A program made the translations under genes and the position numbers. From assembly GCA_000934665.2 (NCBI GenBank), contig KZ538401.1, positions 1 through 64,000 on the forward strand: 64,000 bases of DNA. The letters are read 5' to 3'. Origin of the DNA: Catajapyx aquilonaris (Eukaryota). Below, piece after piece: positions 12,670 through 27,153 of this stretch (position 1 is its first letter; the number at the start of each line of letters is the position of its first letter). The notes beneath the pieces are model-generated. The model was not told the DNA's origin. It searched no databases and worked only from the letters and a program-made list of their open reading frames with translations.

Positions 12670-13093
12670 CAGGGTGTATCTGAACTCAGTGCCCCGACGT
12701 ATATGACTGCCTTCCTAGCCACCAGAGGATCGATTTAAGTATAGGAATCATTATGTTTGGCCGCCGCATTACGGAGATAATTGGCCGCAAACATGTAGTA
12801 CAAAATATCCTGTCGGTTAGGCCCCCCATCGAACCCTCCCCCAGTCAGAAGGCTCTGGAAGGTCTGGGGGCTGGACTTTGTTGGTTTGTTGCCCACAGGT
12901 GGTAAGGCCTCTTTGGCTAGTTACACCAGAAAATTCTATTTAAAAGTCAGAAGGAGCGATTAGGCAAAAATCGCTAAAGAGTGTATCTCAGTAATGAGGC
13001 TGCCCAGACATATGACTCCTATACTTAAATCGATCCTCTGGTGGCTAGGATGGCAGTCATATACGTCGGGGCACTGAGTTCAGATACACCCTG
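12670..13093. mobile_element. Tc1/mariner-type MITE with ~110 bp TIRs
   Basis: TA|CAGGGTGTATCTGAACTCAGTGCCCCGACGTATATGACTGCC... is mirrored by ...GGCAGTCATATACGTCGGGGCACTGAGTTCAGATACACCCTG. Confidence 0.9.
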
Positions 13094-13284
13094 CTATAGG
13101 GCTCGTAACTGAATTATTCATAATCCTCTCAACAATCAGATTTGTAGTGGTGAATTGGATCCGGTGAGGTACAGGCGACATAATTCTCGACATCAGTGTC
13201 GACCTACATCGTTCGATTACTTTACCGCTAGGTGGGTATTGCTCAAGTTTGGCAATACTCACAGTTAAACATTCATGTAACATA

Positions 13285-13399
13285 CAGGGTGATCCAGATT
13301 CTTGGGTCACTTTTTGATAACTGATATCGCGAAAAATAACTGCTGTCGGGCGATATCATCCAGTTATCAAAAAGTGACCCACGAATCTGGAACACCCTG
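13285..13399. mobile_element. 115 bp hairpin MITE (Tc1/mariner-type), TA TSD
   Basis: TA|CAGGGTGATCCAGATTCTTGGGTCACTTTTTGATAACTG...CAGTTATCAAAAAGTGACCCACGAATCTGGAACACCCTG|TA. Confidence 0.9.
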
Positions 13400-16300
13400 T
13401 ATACATAAAAGGGAACGCGCACATTTTCACAAGTATTGTGATTTTCATAAAATAATACCAGATGTACCAATCCATCTGTCTGTACAAGTGTACAGTATCG
13501 TACTTCCGTTCTACTTGTCACTTTTCATATTGCGATAGGATCGTGTTTATATTCGAGTTGTCTGGCCCAAACGTCCGTATCACAACGTGAGGATGCAGCT
13601 TTTTTGGTAGGATGGCAGTGTATCTGTTTTAATAGCCTTTTAAAAATTTCTAGATTACCAGTTACGTGATCCTAAAAGTTCGAGAGAGGAGATCTGAAAA
13701 ATTCCTATCAAATTCCCTCTGAATTTTTATTTCAATTGACGATGTTTGGCCACAGTTTCATGAGTTTTGTCTGGAAAAAAATTCATGAAACTCTCAACAA
13801 AATCCAAGAAACTTCAAGCTCCGGAACTCCATACACACTTTTTTAGAAAGTGTGCAACCCCTCGCCACAATCGGCCTTACTATTGAAAATCTATGCTAAC
13901 AACCCAATGAAAAGCATATGCCAGTTGGTCCAAAGATGAACTTCCCACTCGGTATCATGAAGCCAAATTTCTATGAACACTAAACAGTTGGAATAGAATT
14001 CGCGGGCAATGCCTTGTTTTGGGAACACCTAAATGTATGCCATTATAAACCCTAGTTAGTTTCTCAGCTATGGTGAAATGCTACAGTGAAGTATTGACAG
14101 GTGGTGTGCACGTCCCACGACAGTCTCGTTATCAAAAGAGAAACGACAGCAACGCCCCCCAACCTAGCCATCACTTCCCTGGAGGTTGCGCGAAACATGT
14201 TAACAATTAAAGGGGAAGCTGCACTATAGAGGCCCCTCTAGCGGAAATCAATCACCACATCATTTTCACATTCCAAAAGGTCCAAACAGCTTTGTGTTTA
14301 GTTTTTAAAATCATAATGTTACAATTTCTCAGTGTAATTAACGAGTTTCAAGGTGTATCCTATGAGCTAAAAAAGGATTCAATTTCCTGCCTCTGCTGTA
14401 TTGTTAGCATGCTGATATTTTTGGAAGTTGGCTCCTGAGGCCCCAAGGCACGTGACTCACAGGACACAGTGAATAATTTATTCCTTCTAGGATCACGGCA
14501 CTTTGGACTATAATATTTAAGCTTTAGACCTAAAGTTCAGGTGTCCCCTATTCCAAATATAAATAGGAATTAATTATTAACAAGAAATCACGCAAATTAT
14601 TGTTTAATGCTTCTTTACTTCGCAGTTGAGTTTTTCAATTTAGGGCTTACAACCAGCGTGGTCAACTGGTAATATATGGCTCTGCAGGTTTAGCAGTTTA
14701 AAGTTTTAGCAGTTTAATATTTTAACAGATGTCATTTAAATAAAGAACAGTTCACCTTTGTAAGATATTTTATACGCTGCTACAAAAAAGGGTTCGTGTT
14801 AAAGGTTGCCTGCAGTCGGAAATTGTGTTTCCGTTCATTGGAAAATCACTCTCCAAGACATTCCCTGGGCAAGAGTTCCAGAAAGGTGGTTAGCGTGCAG
14901 AGATTCCGCAGTTGGTGTAATGCCAATCAACATCTTCGTCACCAGGAGAGGCCACTTTTAGAAGCAGCAACAACCCGACTCTGTGAAATTCCAAAATTCC
15001 AGTGGAAACTGTAGGAGAGAATCCAAGTGGCTGAATGCTTTTTCGCTCCTCTCAAGTTTCTCCAGTTAAAAATACTTCTGGCCGATAGATACAAACCCGC
15101 CCCTTTCCCCTACCCGCCAGAGAAATGACGTATTCACTAGAACTGCTGCCGCCGTATAAGCTTATTAAAGCGTCTGATACAACATGCAGCACATAGCAGA
15201 TTAATGTGCCAAAGCCTAAGGCTGAAATAACCCGAGCAAAATAAGATTACGTGCTGCTGATCGCTTTATTGCAACTCTCGAACGACGCGAGTTAATTACG
15301 GATATTTCATTACCACCAGCACTTTATTACAGAGTTGCCATCAGTCGCTGGCTACATTACGACGCTGGGGCCTATTAACGCAGGTTGTCTGTAAAATGAA
15401 AACTGATTAAACACACTGCGTTAGGATCGTGCCTATAAAAATGTTGCAAGTTTCTAGGAGTCCAAAGTGTCACCAAATGTTAAGAAAAGGGGCAGCCTGC
15501 ATTTGAAGCGTGGGTAAAAGACACAGTTTTAACATTGAACAAGGACTCCATTAGCTCCGAAGACACCTATTATCAGGCCGAAGCAAGCAAGGGGAAACAA
15601 ATGGCAGTAGGAGAACATTTCCAAAGTGTCAGTCGCACTGATTCCACGCAAACACTTTTGTCCTTTCCCCACTAGGAGGATTTGGAAGACTATGGTGGGA
15701 ACAAAGGCAGCAAAGCAGACCCATGCTGGGTGTGCCTCGTCTGGGAGGGAGATTAAGCTAGACGCCTTGCACACCAGGGGTTTCCCCCGCCCTCCCCCAC
15801 AATGACACCTCCTCCAAATATATTTGGTCAGCGCCTCGTGCGTATGAGACCGGTGGTATTGGCACGATGATATACGCAGTCGCCGTGACGTCTAAAAAGT
15901 CATCTGAGTAATATCGGAATAGTATGCCTAAGCCGTCATGCCTGCAGCGTTTGGCAGGGTGTAATGTACAGATCACCCTGACCGCAATAATGCAATTTTC
16001 GCGTGAAATATTATTTACACTAATGGTAACTAATTGGCACTAATCGAACCCTTGGGTGTGCTTCCGCCAGAGCAAGTTATGCAGGGGAATTGATAGTCGA
16101 TGTGGGAATCAATTAGATGCGAAATCAATTTCCAATATAATGCAGCTTCAAAAGCTGCGGATAGATCAGCATGCACTGGCGGCGACTGCTTCTACTCTAC
16201 ATGGTACAACTTTTTGACCATAGTCTCGAATGCAAGCTCGAATGCTTTTGTAGCGTAAATATTTATAACCTCAAAAGTCCCTTCTGCCTCTGATGGTTTG

Positions 16301-19300
16301 TCCAGGTATTATTCATGCCCTCTGTGATCCGCTGTTTGAGTTTGAAACCCTGCCTCTAGGTACACCGGTGCTTGTGTGTCAATCCCCAACGACAAGTCTG
16401 GCGCACCCGCCAAGAGTGAATCTTGTTCCTGTATGCAATATTTACACCGGCCCTTTGTTGACCTTGCCGGAACTTTCGGAATCCATTTTGTGGAAGGGGT
16501 CCAAATCCAGTTACTTTCCAGCAGAAAATCCCTCCTGCTATATACAATATCCACCGGTTGCGAGACATCCGCATTTCGCCTACGTGACAATTCCGAAACG
16601 CGTAATCCACCTTTTCATACCATTCATCCATCCGGGCCGTTTGCCGGCTCTGTTGGAATCCACTCTATTTGGTAATAGTCAAACACTGAACCAGTGCAGC
16701 AGCCCTTTTGTTCGGCATAGGCAGGGCCTAGGCTTTACTACCAGCAAAGAATTTCTCCAGTCCAGGCCCCCAGGCCTAGGCTCACTCCACTTGCTTTATT
16801 CATCAGCTTGGTATAATGATGTCGAAATTAATACACTACTCCGGAACACTTAATTACGCCTATTGTGGCTATATTCAGACGGTTAAGTTTACCGCCAGTG
16901 CGCCGAGGTTTTTAATTGTCTGAATGGAAGGCTGATGCTGTGGGGAATTCCCACTGGAACAGCCTGTTTAAAAGCAAGGCGTGCACAATATTGCGGCTGT
17001 CATGGTTAAAATCACTGCTCCCACTTCTTACCAACCTTTTTGTTTCGCTTCTGCAGGGTAATCAATCATGGCTGTAAATAATTTTCAAAGAAACCTGCTA
17101 AGTAATGTTGTATGGAGAAAACGGCGGTTGATTCGACACAGAAGCCTGAAAAAGTTTATCAGGTCGCTCTGATTCAATATCCTTAACTCTGAGTGGCCTC
17201 ATCCGGGGGGTCGAAGTGACTTGAAAATGAGTTAAACAAAGATAAACAGGGTTGAACGACCATCTGCTGGAATCAAGGGAGGGAAACGTTCACAATTGCG
17301 CTTCCAAGCTCCTCCCGGGGTACAGTACCCGTGTGCTCTGCTCGCTCACATTTTTTTCCCCAACTCTTCATCGATTTCTGGCAGTCTGGCAGATACGTCC
17401 CAAAATATTTCCAGAAGCTAGTTCTGGATCAGGAATTTTAGCAACGTTATACTGTGACAACTTTGTAGTCTGGGTAGAATGGCAACGCTGTTCCCTCGGT
17501 AGTAGGCAGTTCTGCCGCGGCGTCGCGTCGGTCATATTAAAAGAGGTTGGTATGACCTTTCTAGGACATTTTTCACCATTTTTATATTGCAAAGTATTGA
17601 CCCACGACATTCATGAGGACAGGCTAATCGAGCACTCCCTTGAGCACGGCACAAAATTGGTTGGTGGGACGGCCAGTGACTGATCACATAATAGAATACG
17701 TGCCCCTTTTTCGCCTGATCGTCGCTCGACCGAGCCCCCCCCAAGTAAGAAACTATCGGTGGTTACGATGCGAGAGAGCTTGACCGGACTCTCAGCAATG
17801 AAGCGGGAAGCGTGATCGTTAAAAGGCTCATAGGTTTTTCAATCACGAGCGGTAGATTACCGCTCATTTTGGTTCACATTTTCTCTTTGATTAACACCAT
17901 CACGGGTATATATGGGCCAACGCTGCTGCTGTATAATACGGCACGTCCCATCGTATACGTGCTATAACTGGACTAATGCTGACTTTTCTCAACTTGTGTA
18001 TCATCCCCTCCCCACCAGCTCCTGGCAACCATCGGGAAAAGGCCGAAAGGCGCTTCCCGATACCAACAACTGACTAATGCAGAGCCCCGAGTGTAGAATG
18101 GCACGCCTATTTGCCGCGAGATGACACGGGTCTCAAGTCCGTGCCAACTGCTGTTGACAGGAGCACAGTATCGCCCATGCCAAATTATCCCCTCGCTCTA
18201 AATTTTTCATCTGCATATTCAATATGATGCGGCGGCGTCGTTGTTGTAGGCCTCAGCCTTGTAACGTCCGCCAATTTATACATAAATTATAACTCGTGCA
18301 GCGCGCTCGTACCTGTCCTGCATCGTGTGCAAATCAGGCTCCGTGTTTATCTTGTATATTTTGCGCAACATGAGAGAAGAGGCAGTTTGCAGCAGCGGTG
18401 TGGCAACTGCCAGCTAAAGCGTGAGTCTAGAAATTCATACCAGCTAGGCCTAAAGAAGTTTTTGTAGGCAGCCCTACATAAAAGCACCTTGGTTTAGTAC
18501 ATGGCATCAAAGTTGTGTCACGTAGAAGGACATGGCAATAACTGACACAATCGGTTTCAATCTCCCTCTCGTCTGGTAAAGCAGACTTGAGGAGGTCCGA
18601 GAGGAATTACAAAGTAAGACGGGCCAGTTCCGATTAGCAGCGGAGAATGATCTCTTGGGAGGAGCAAGGGGCCAACGAAATGGCTTCATTTCCCACTCGA
18701 GCAAGTATGAGAGAAACGCTCCTCTGGCACTAAATACATGGCTTTTATGTGGGTGTTAGGCAGAGGGTATGGGTATATGTATGGGGCCACCCCAACGGGC
18801 GAAATGACCACGTCCCCTGCTTGGCTTGCCCAATCACGTCCCCTTCTCACAGTCTGCTGGTCATCACTCCGCTTGCTAGGGTAGAAGGTAGGGGGGGAAA
18901 GGCTATTATCGATCTGGGAATAATCCTGATTGAATTTGGACTGCCTAAAAAAGGGAGATGGGAGGTAGGGGCCTTTTTTGGTGGGTGTGAAAAAAGAGGG
19001 GAGACCAGTGGACTGGAACGGGCCACCCGAATGCCACTTTTCTTCTTCGGAAGGGTCTGGGTAACGTTATACCCGGATTGACCAGCGTGTATCCGTTTTG
19101 TCAAGTGCAGCGTGAAAATAACTCGGCCTATAACCACTTGCTCAACCGGCATTGTGTGTCCCGCTTTTATGACATTATGCGGACAGCTCACTTGTGTCAA
19201 CATCCAAATTTATCCCAATTTTCCAGCCGGATGCTTAGCCAAAATTACACATCGACCACCCTTCTGCAAACGACCTGACTGGATATGCCGCCCGTGTATT

Positions 19301-22242
19301 TACCGAACCAATACCGGGTAACTATTCCTAACACTGCTATCTTTATCCTTGTTGGCGCCATCCACTTCCTCCCTTCTGCAATCTTCGGTTCAGAAGTCAC
19401 ATGTCTGCGGTAGGTAGTGTTTGGTCCAATGTGGCCCGTGTCAGAAGCCATTTGTGCAACACAATGGAGGCCACACAGCGCGTCCACCACCAGCAGGCGC
19501 CGTTTTGCATGGACTCTCGCCAGCCCAAATTAAGTGGCAGAAAGGAGATGCTTGTCACTGACTGACAACGACGATGTTTATCTACTCCCTCGGACCTCCA
19601 TCGGACTGGCATTTTGCGATCCTAGGTGCCAACCCCCAAAAAGGGTGCCTAAATCCTCGCTTTCCTCCCTCCACTTTCCACGACTCGCAAAATTAGTCTC
19701 CACATTACTAACTGGTAATAACTGCAATGATTGCACCCAAAAGCTATTATCACTCGATTAATCGACACGAGCCATGGCTTAATTAGAAACGTGTGCATTC
19801 ATATGCTGCATTCAATTTTGTGTTTTCATAGCAACAACGCGGTTTATGATTAGTTTGTCATCCTAATGAAATTTCTGCACCTCCGCCAGCTTTCAAAAGT
19901 GTTGTTCACCTACGCTACATGTCTGCCTCCCTAGTTGTTTTGATCAGTATTATTCAGCGCGGTGCATCATACCAGGAACCGATACATGCAGCGTAATTGG
20001 ATACTCAGATCAAATTAATATCTAACTATAATACCTACGTAATTATAATCAGACCACAATTACGTAGATAAAACCAGTGGTAACTACAATAACTATGTCC
20101 ATAGATAAATAATAGGTGGCCTGCTTTGATCATGCGACATAAATATATCAATCGTGTTCTATAATACTGTCTATACCAATATAAGCTTAAAATTAAATAC
20201 TAATATTGAACGAACAATTATTGTGAACGAGATTATTTTTGCCTAATGCCTGCAGCATTTGGTACTGTACAGTACCTTATCGTCTAAAGGAATCAGCAAA
20301 GCATATTAGCAATCTACTTTTGAAAATCCCGTCTCAGTGTCGTAATTGACAGTGTCCAATTACTAATCTAGTGATGAGATTTGCTTTAAAGCAGTTCCGT
20401 TTTAAACCGGCAGGTTGTGCTGCGGCCCTTGCAAAGGCTCGCAGTGCCATCTTTTGAATATACTTCTCACAACTAAAGAAGCAGAAGTGAATTCAACGAT
20501 CGGCCGCTGTATACAAAAATACACTATTAGACCGGTCTAGTCCTCAATCCATCTCAAATTATCTCTCACGCATTATAAGCTAAAGTTGATTAAAAATGGT
20601 AATGGTTTGATGTCATTTAAACATGTTTGGCAATTGGTGCTCCCTATATCTATTGCATTTTACAACAAAGAATTTACATACATAATGTTGCTATTCTACG
20701 AATATTACACTGTTAAAACAGTTCGTTCGATACAAACTGTAGAACATTATTGACTCTGTAAATAAGAACTATATGCAATATTATTTGGGTCATACTGTAG
20801 AGCTTAACAAATCGCACCACAGTTGATCTGCTGTATATGATATTTGAATACCCCACAGAAAGAAGTTACAAATTGTAGGCTACAACATTGTTATTGCAAC
20901 TACATTATTAAATTAACATCGATAAACAAAATGTGAGTGCTATTAGTGTGAGAGTTGCAGTACATTTGTACAGTATATTTGTTATTGTGTGGTTGTTAAA
21001 ATATTCGTTTTAAAAATCAACACTCGTAGAGCAGTTAGCCTGTATAAAGGTTAGAAGTCTCTTATAATATTTGTTTCATATGTGAGAACCGAAATCAACA
21101 GCAGACCATTTTATATCATTTTTATCCATCGTAGTTTACTGAATCGTATATGGCACCTGTAAATAGAGTACTGTACTTTTGTCTAGCACCGACTTTAAAG
21201 GAAAAGTCACAGTGTAAGACAGTTAAAATTCAATGTGCAGTTGGCGTGACTGACAAGAACAAAGTGACCATTCATCATTTATTGCCAGAAGTATACACTG
21301 AATAACATTGGCCCGGCATATCCAGGTCATACAAAAAAAGCGAATGAATAAATCATTCCTCAAACACAACTGCATGCGAACCGGCGGTGCGGTATGCCTG
21401 CATCCAAGAGTTATGAGTCATTACTTATTAGCAATGAGTGCAACTGCCGTATGATTCATACACGGCTGTTACACGTGATGTTTACACTGTGCATGTTTTA
21501 TCCGACAGATATTTTATAAAATTAGTGCCAAATGTTCAGCCTGCCTGTACAAAATTGACGAGGCATCGCTTGACCTGAGCTTATATCTTCATGGCATCAT
21601 CAAGAGATGCTGATCTCGGAAATGTCATAAGAACTATGATGATCTACTAATGGTATAAAACTATACTGTTTCGGACGCCTGGACAATATTAACCATTCAT
21701 GTATTATTATTGTTTTCTTATTTATCCCAATGTCGTAGTTTTTGACATCCTAATGATCCTATCCTGTTACAATATTATTGAAAACATACGGTATAAAATC
21801 GTGACATTGATTGTCTCATGACAAATAAAAATTACTGTATTATAATCAAGGGAAAGGTTTATCGCGTATACAGTGTATGTTGCACGGAAGATTATGGCGA
21901 GTTTACAATGAAAATTTACACCGATATTGTCAGAAAAGAAGTGTGTTGTTTCATATACTACCGCTATACCGGTGCGTAGATTATAACATTTGGATGTTCC
22001 GAATTTGTATGGAGTCATATGAAATGGCCTACTCTTGTCAGATTGCGTATAATGCATACATAAAGGGTCCATTTTCATCAGTTACTGACTTAATGAACCC
22101 ATAAAACACCAAAAAGCTTATATAGTGGATAGTTATCCTCTACAATTTATTGCTATTTGCGTAACATTTTGATGCTGCACAGCGTAATGACTTGTTATTA
22201 TGTACAAGTAATTAGGTTTATGCAAATATAAAGACCACTTCC

Positions 22243-22322
<80 letters not shown>
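22243..22322. repeat. (AAT)n microsatellite, ~26 units
   Basis: Uninterrupted AATAAT run; it explains the poly-Tyr in ORF 22133-22381. Confidence 0.98.
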
Positions 22323-22323
<1 letters not shown>

Positions 22324-25272
22324 CTAGAACCTGTAGCCTAGTTAATATACAGCTAATAAAATTTCTTATATTTGGAGGCATTCAATCCTGGAGACTGGAG
22401 TGACTAATATTTACAAATAAGGAACATAATGCACCTTTTATTTTCAATTCCACATCAAGAAGAAAACGTCATTATTAGTAAAAAGCTATTAAAGTAAAGT
22501 TAAAGTACGGTTACAGTAAATGATGCAGTAGAAATCGTCAATACCACAGCTGGCTAGCAAATAAAACCAAGCTGCGGCAGTAGATGTCTCTGTTGCATAG
22601 ACCCAATCTCTAGCCCCATCTGACGAATGAAGACCGCATTTACAGCGACATCAACGCGATACTAGGTACTCTCCATAAATCAGAATGTGGTTATAGAGTA
22701 CTTCGCGCCCAGTTGACTTAAGTAATACACGTTTGCCCAACTAATCTTCCAGCAAGATATTGGGCCTCCACAAAGAACATTATTCTAGAGCATGCAGCTT
22801 GATATGAATGCCGGAAGCGTCGGCCCATGCTGTTTGCCAACTGAGCAATGGCGCTTCCCCAAACTGGAGTGGTCCCAGATATTAATGGAGAGCAATTACA
22901 CCTGATACCACAATCCCCCTAATTGGTCTTTGAGACCAAATGGGGAGACTCCAGCCTTGCTTTATCGCCGTTATTGGTTCCGGATGACTCTGGCAATCCC
23001 AGCAATCATGTCCTCCGAGGACGGCTGTCTTGACCTATTTTATACCTGGGCGAAGCTTCAAGCCCCTTAGGCCAGAAAATCCCAAGCTTGAATTACACAG
23101 CGTCCGACTTTGGCAACATTTTGCACTGGTCCACAAAATCCTAGCCTTAAATCCCGCAGAGGATTCGCAAACTGCTGGAGCAGGCGTTAATTCCTGCAGA
23201 CAAGGGGAGCGGCTATGTCTCTGCTGATTCCCAAATTTGAACTGGCCATCTCTGATCCTTTACTCTTGCGCCAACTACTTGGGTTGTCGACCGACATTGT
23301 GTGGAAAAGGATTACGCAAGTTGTAAACTACGCAAAAGCGCTTTCGAATTATGGACTGCTGTCCGCTAAACGGGGATACATATGCATATGTATGCTAAAC
23401 GGCAGGCAGGCCACGGCAATTTATAGTGACACACAATGGGACAAATAGGCGCCTGTATTTTCGGCTGGATGGTGCAGATGGGGCGTTTCGATTCAGGAAC
23501 TAATGTATTTTAACTCGGTTCAACGTCAGGTTGTTATTTATTGCTATCTACGCTCTACACCCTCTCAGGACAAGAATGGTTATTTAATGACCTAAATGGC
23601 ATAATTTCGAGTGATCAGATGTGATCAAAAACGTTGCAGAGTTTACAATGCGCTCTATGAATTAGAATAGCTATGTAGCACTTATGGTAACGCTTTCAAT
23701 TAGCTCAAAACGTCGCATCGCATTGTCGTGTGTATTTTTTTAAAAATTGGAAAAACTTGAGTAATCAGCATAACTTATATGTCAACACGATTTATGCCAT
23801 TACGAAGAGGCAGTCAGTATGACCAACGCACAAACTACCGATTCCAAACGGGGTCAAGGGTAACTCAAGAAGTACTCATAGTCATTACTGAGGCTTTAGC
23901 TCAGGTATACGGCCACTCTGATGACAACTGAAGTGTACTATCGGAGAAAGTCTCGTCGCAAATGCTGGCTATAGATTTTTTTCAGCACTGTATTTCACTT
24001 GGATTCTGGTAACTTCCGATTAATCCTATTAAATTAAAGGGTGGTGGGGTATAGCACCCACCAATTATCCGTGAGGAGGGTCCCCACCACCAGCTACAGT
24101 ATTCTCTGTGAGTGTACTTCGATTCCAAATGGCACTATTGACCAAGGTTCAAGGTTGATGCTGACAACACATTCAGTGGCGGATCGTGGTCAAATTGTGT
24201 ACAAAATAAAAGCATACTGAGATCGGGATAGACATGCGGGCTACACAATCAATGCATGTAACAAGTAATTGGCATTTGTCCAGCCTCCGCTGACGAACAT
24301 ATCCCGCTCAATAATTTAAACGGGGAGCAAAATTGGGATTTTTGACCTCCACCTCCTCACCGTCTCATCGCATCAGGATGAGAGCCTCTAACCCTCACCT
24401 CCAATACTTTTACTTACAGTTAGGGCATAGTTCAATTATCATTCAGTGCTTCGACCCTGTCAGTGGTGTAGAAATTCAAAATATATACCGTTTACCCAAA
24501 TTTGAGTTGTCCGTTTCGATTAGCGATTATGTTGCACTATATGCTTATTTGAAAACATATGTGCTTTCCAAAAGTTATCTTCAATTGATATCAAAATATA
24601 CAGTACTGAGATAGGTTGAGGGTAGGTATCAATTCATGCCACGAATTTCAGTCCATTTATGAACCATCTTTATTCCAAGTGACCCATATATGACCCAATT
24701 GCACCTGGGTCATTTGCAGGTTCGACCATAGCAGAGTGCTCATAAAATATGCGTCCATTCAACGAATAGAAAAGAGTAATATTTTTGATACATCCAAAAT
24801 GTGACTGTTGGAATGTTGCTGCTTAAAATGATCAGGCTATTGCAAAAAAAAAAAAAAATCGCTCATTGAAACAGACATCTCATTTGAAACGCTGCGCTGC
24901 TTGGAAACATGACACTAATAGCAATTCATAGCCTACTGTAGTACTGTGAAATACTCGCACTTTGTCATTAATGAATTGCTGCTTTGAGATTTTCAATGTA
25001 ACAATAAATGGGCATAATAATACCTGACTGACTATAAAGATTATGATAAGTTACAAAGTGGGCTCTGAGTGTAATCTTAGACACAATGCTTTCTTCACAA
25101 ATGGGGTATGGGATACTTATGTTATGGTGAGTGTGACACAAATGTACAAATATATTGCTGAACACTGATTGACTACTTTTTTTGCTCATCCGTAGGAAAA
25201 CATAATTATTCATATGCGACTCCAAACTATGGATCACAGATATTAAAGCTACCTTTAATATCTATGCTATGG

Positions 25273-25375
25273 ACCGTGGTTTTCAGTGGTTTCCCACGGT
25301 CCTTCCAGGAAAATTCCGGAGTTGCTTCCGCAATTAATAGGCCCCAGCCGCTTCCGTCCGTCCCTATCCTATCCC
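25273..25375 (+). mobile_element. Fragment of an arthropod SINE body (Lm1/Talua-like), no tRNA head visible
   Basis: GGTTTTCAGTGGTTTCCCACGGTCCTTCCAGGAAAATTCCGGAGTTGCTTCCG...TAGGCCCCAGCCGCTTCC resembles the GGTTTTCCGTGGTTTCCC...CCAGGCAAATGCCGGGAT...AGGCCACGGCCGCTTCC body of orthopteran/termite SINEs. Recalled pattern, not searched. Confidence 0.55.
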
Positions 25376-25656
25376 AAAGAGCACAGTAAAATGAAAAGCA
25401 AGGAGTTCCAGGCAAAACAAACTTCCCCCCTAAAGAGCCGATGGCTGATAACGGGGTATTAATTAGTAATTATTATTATATCTATGCTATGGATGAATCA
25501 AAATCAACTCTAGGAAGATTGAAATTTTCAGGATATCTGAAAAAAATTCAAGTACCTCATTTACGCCAAATCCAGAAAAATTCATTCCATTTCTCCATTA
25601 CGTTGTACTTGAAGCAACAAAGTATTATGTAATGGACAATACCACACAGTGTAATA

Positions 25657-25904
25657 AATTGAAGGACTCTGTGCAATAAGAAGGTATGTGCACTCATGAC
25701 GTTTTTCCTGTGTTTTAAAGCGAAAAGCCTATAAACCAGGTAAGACCACATTGCCCACATTGCAGAGAACCCTTACCTGGAAGGGTTCTCTGCAGTAAAG
25801 AGGTACGTATGTGGACTTGCCTAGTTTATAGGCTTTTCGCTTTACAACACAGGAAGGAGTCCTAAGTGCACATACCTGCTTATTGCAGAGAGAGCCCTTC
25901 AATT
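25657..25904. mobile_element. ~250 bp palindromic MITE with an extra central hairpin
   Basis: AATTGAAGG..TGCAATAAG.AGGTATGTGCACT..AAAGCGAAAAGCCTATAAAC is mirrored at the right end. Central TGCAGAGAACCCTT-ACCTGG-AAGGGTTCTCTGCA at 25761-25794. Confidence 0.85.
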
Positions 25905-25936
25905 AATTATTGAATTGGTGGCCCAAAATGAATAAC

Positions 25937-27075
25937 ACTATGCAACACGATATTTGTCCATGGATATTTATTGCTATTTCCATGTGCCTTAGGTCACAAG
26001 TAACTCATAATGGGAATTCATTTTGTCTTTGATTTGTTTTTGACCTCGGAGCAGGGAAAAAACCAAAATCCTTAAAATATAGCAGTCCCAGTCAAGTGGG
26101 TCTAAATGTTGCTAGACCATCTCGGATTTTTCTTAAAATGATCACAGCTGTACACACCTATGCTGTAACATGGGATATCAAGTTTGAGCCAAATTGCGAA
26201 ATACCGTGGGGAGGGAAAAAATTGCGAAATTGTAAAAATGTGGCCTTTTTTGGACAATTTTTTCGGTTATTGGAATTGGTCAAAATCCAATCAACATACG
26301 TATACATCAAATGAAAGAATAACGCGAGTAGAATGCGCCTATAGAATTTGGTTTTCTCCAAAATGCACTCAGAAAAACATGTGTGGCATTTCATCACTCA
26401 CATGTCCAAGAATTTGGTTCCAATAAAATTAATTGTAATTTGGCAAACATATATATATATTATTTTCTCGCGAGCCATGCATGACCCAGGATTGACACTG
26501 AACATATTGAATCTTGTGTGGGTAACAACTTCTGTCACCAAATATGGCTGCTCTTACGCAAATACATCACTAATTGTTGGGGTCTAAACACTTGGACATG
26601 TTACTGAGCATGTGACCGATGGAATGCCATACATGTTTTTCTCTGTGCATTTTGGAGAAAAACAGATTTCATAGGCGCATTCCACTCGTGTTTCTCTTTC
26701 ATTTGATGTATATGTTGATTGGGTTTGACCAATTTCAATAACCGAAAAAAATTAGCCAAAAAGGGCCACATTTTCACAATTTCGCGATTTTTCCCCCTCC
26801 CCACGGCATTTCGCAATTTGGCTGAAACTTGATATGCAGTGTTACGCATAGGTGTGTATACAGCTGTGGTCATTTCAGAAAAATCCGAAATGGTCTAGAC
26901 CCACTTGACTGGGAAAAACTGCTCTAGTATTTTGAGGACTTTGGTTTTTTGACTGCCCCGAGGTCAAAAGCAAATCAAAGACAAAATAAATGCCCATTAT
27001 GAGTTACTTGTAACCTAAGGAACACGAATATGACGATGAATTTCCACGGACAAAAAAAAGTCGAATTTTGTTGCA
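25937..27075. mobile_element. Foldback-like non-autonomous element, copy 1 (~460 bp diverged inverted arms, ~180 bp spacer)
   Basis: 25953-26410 is the approximate reverse complement of 26590-27054 (e.g. CCTTAGGTCACAAGTAACTCATAATGGG / CCCATTATGAGTTACTTGTAACCTAAGG). It is colinear with 34949-36440. Confidence 0.9.
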
Positions 27076-27153
27076 CACGATTCTGCACACGATTTTCACA
27101 CTTTTACAGCTACTGTACAAGCTACTTGTATAAGTGATAGCCTTGAGACAACC

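Larger units (their letters stand above)
12413..13864. mobile_element. Non-autonomous DNA transposon with 8-bp TSD (hAT/P-type), host to two nested MITEs
   Basis: TIR CGAGGAGTTGCACACTT / AAGTGTGCAACCCCTCG. Flanks CCACAGTC (12405-12412) and CCACAATC (13865-13872). Subterminal AACTCC repeats. Confidence 0.8.

Noticed and set aside
14207..14760. Kolobok-like start TTAA|AGGGGAAGCTG (also TTAA|AGGGACAGTCC at 29260)
   Set aside because: No convincing right TIR with TTAA was found, so boundaries are unsupported.
16293..16853. Longest ORF (186 aa), along with other long ORFs (9964-10479, 36102-36707, 42135-42632, 52951-53416)
   Set aside because: No recognisable domains and overlapping ORFs in several frames. 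36102-36707 partly runs through a foldback arm. Consistent with chance ORFs.
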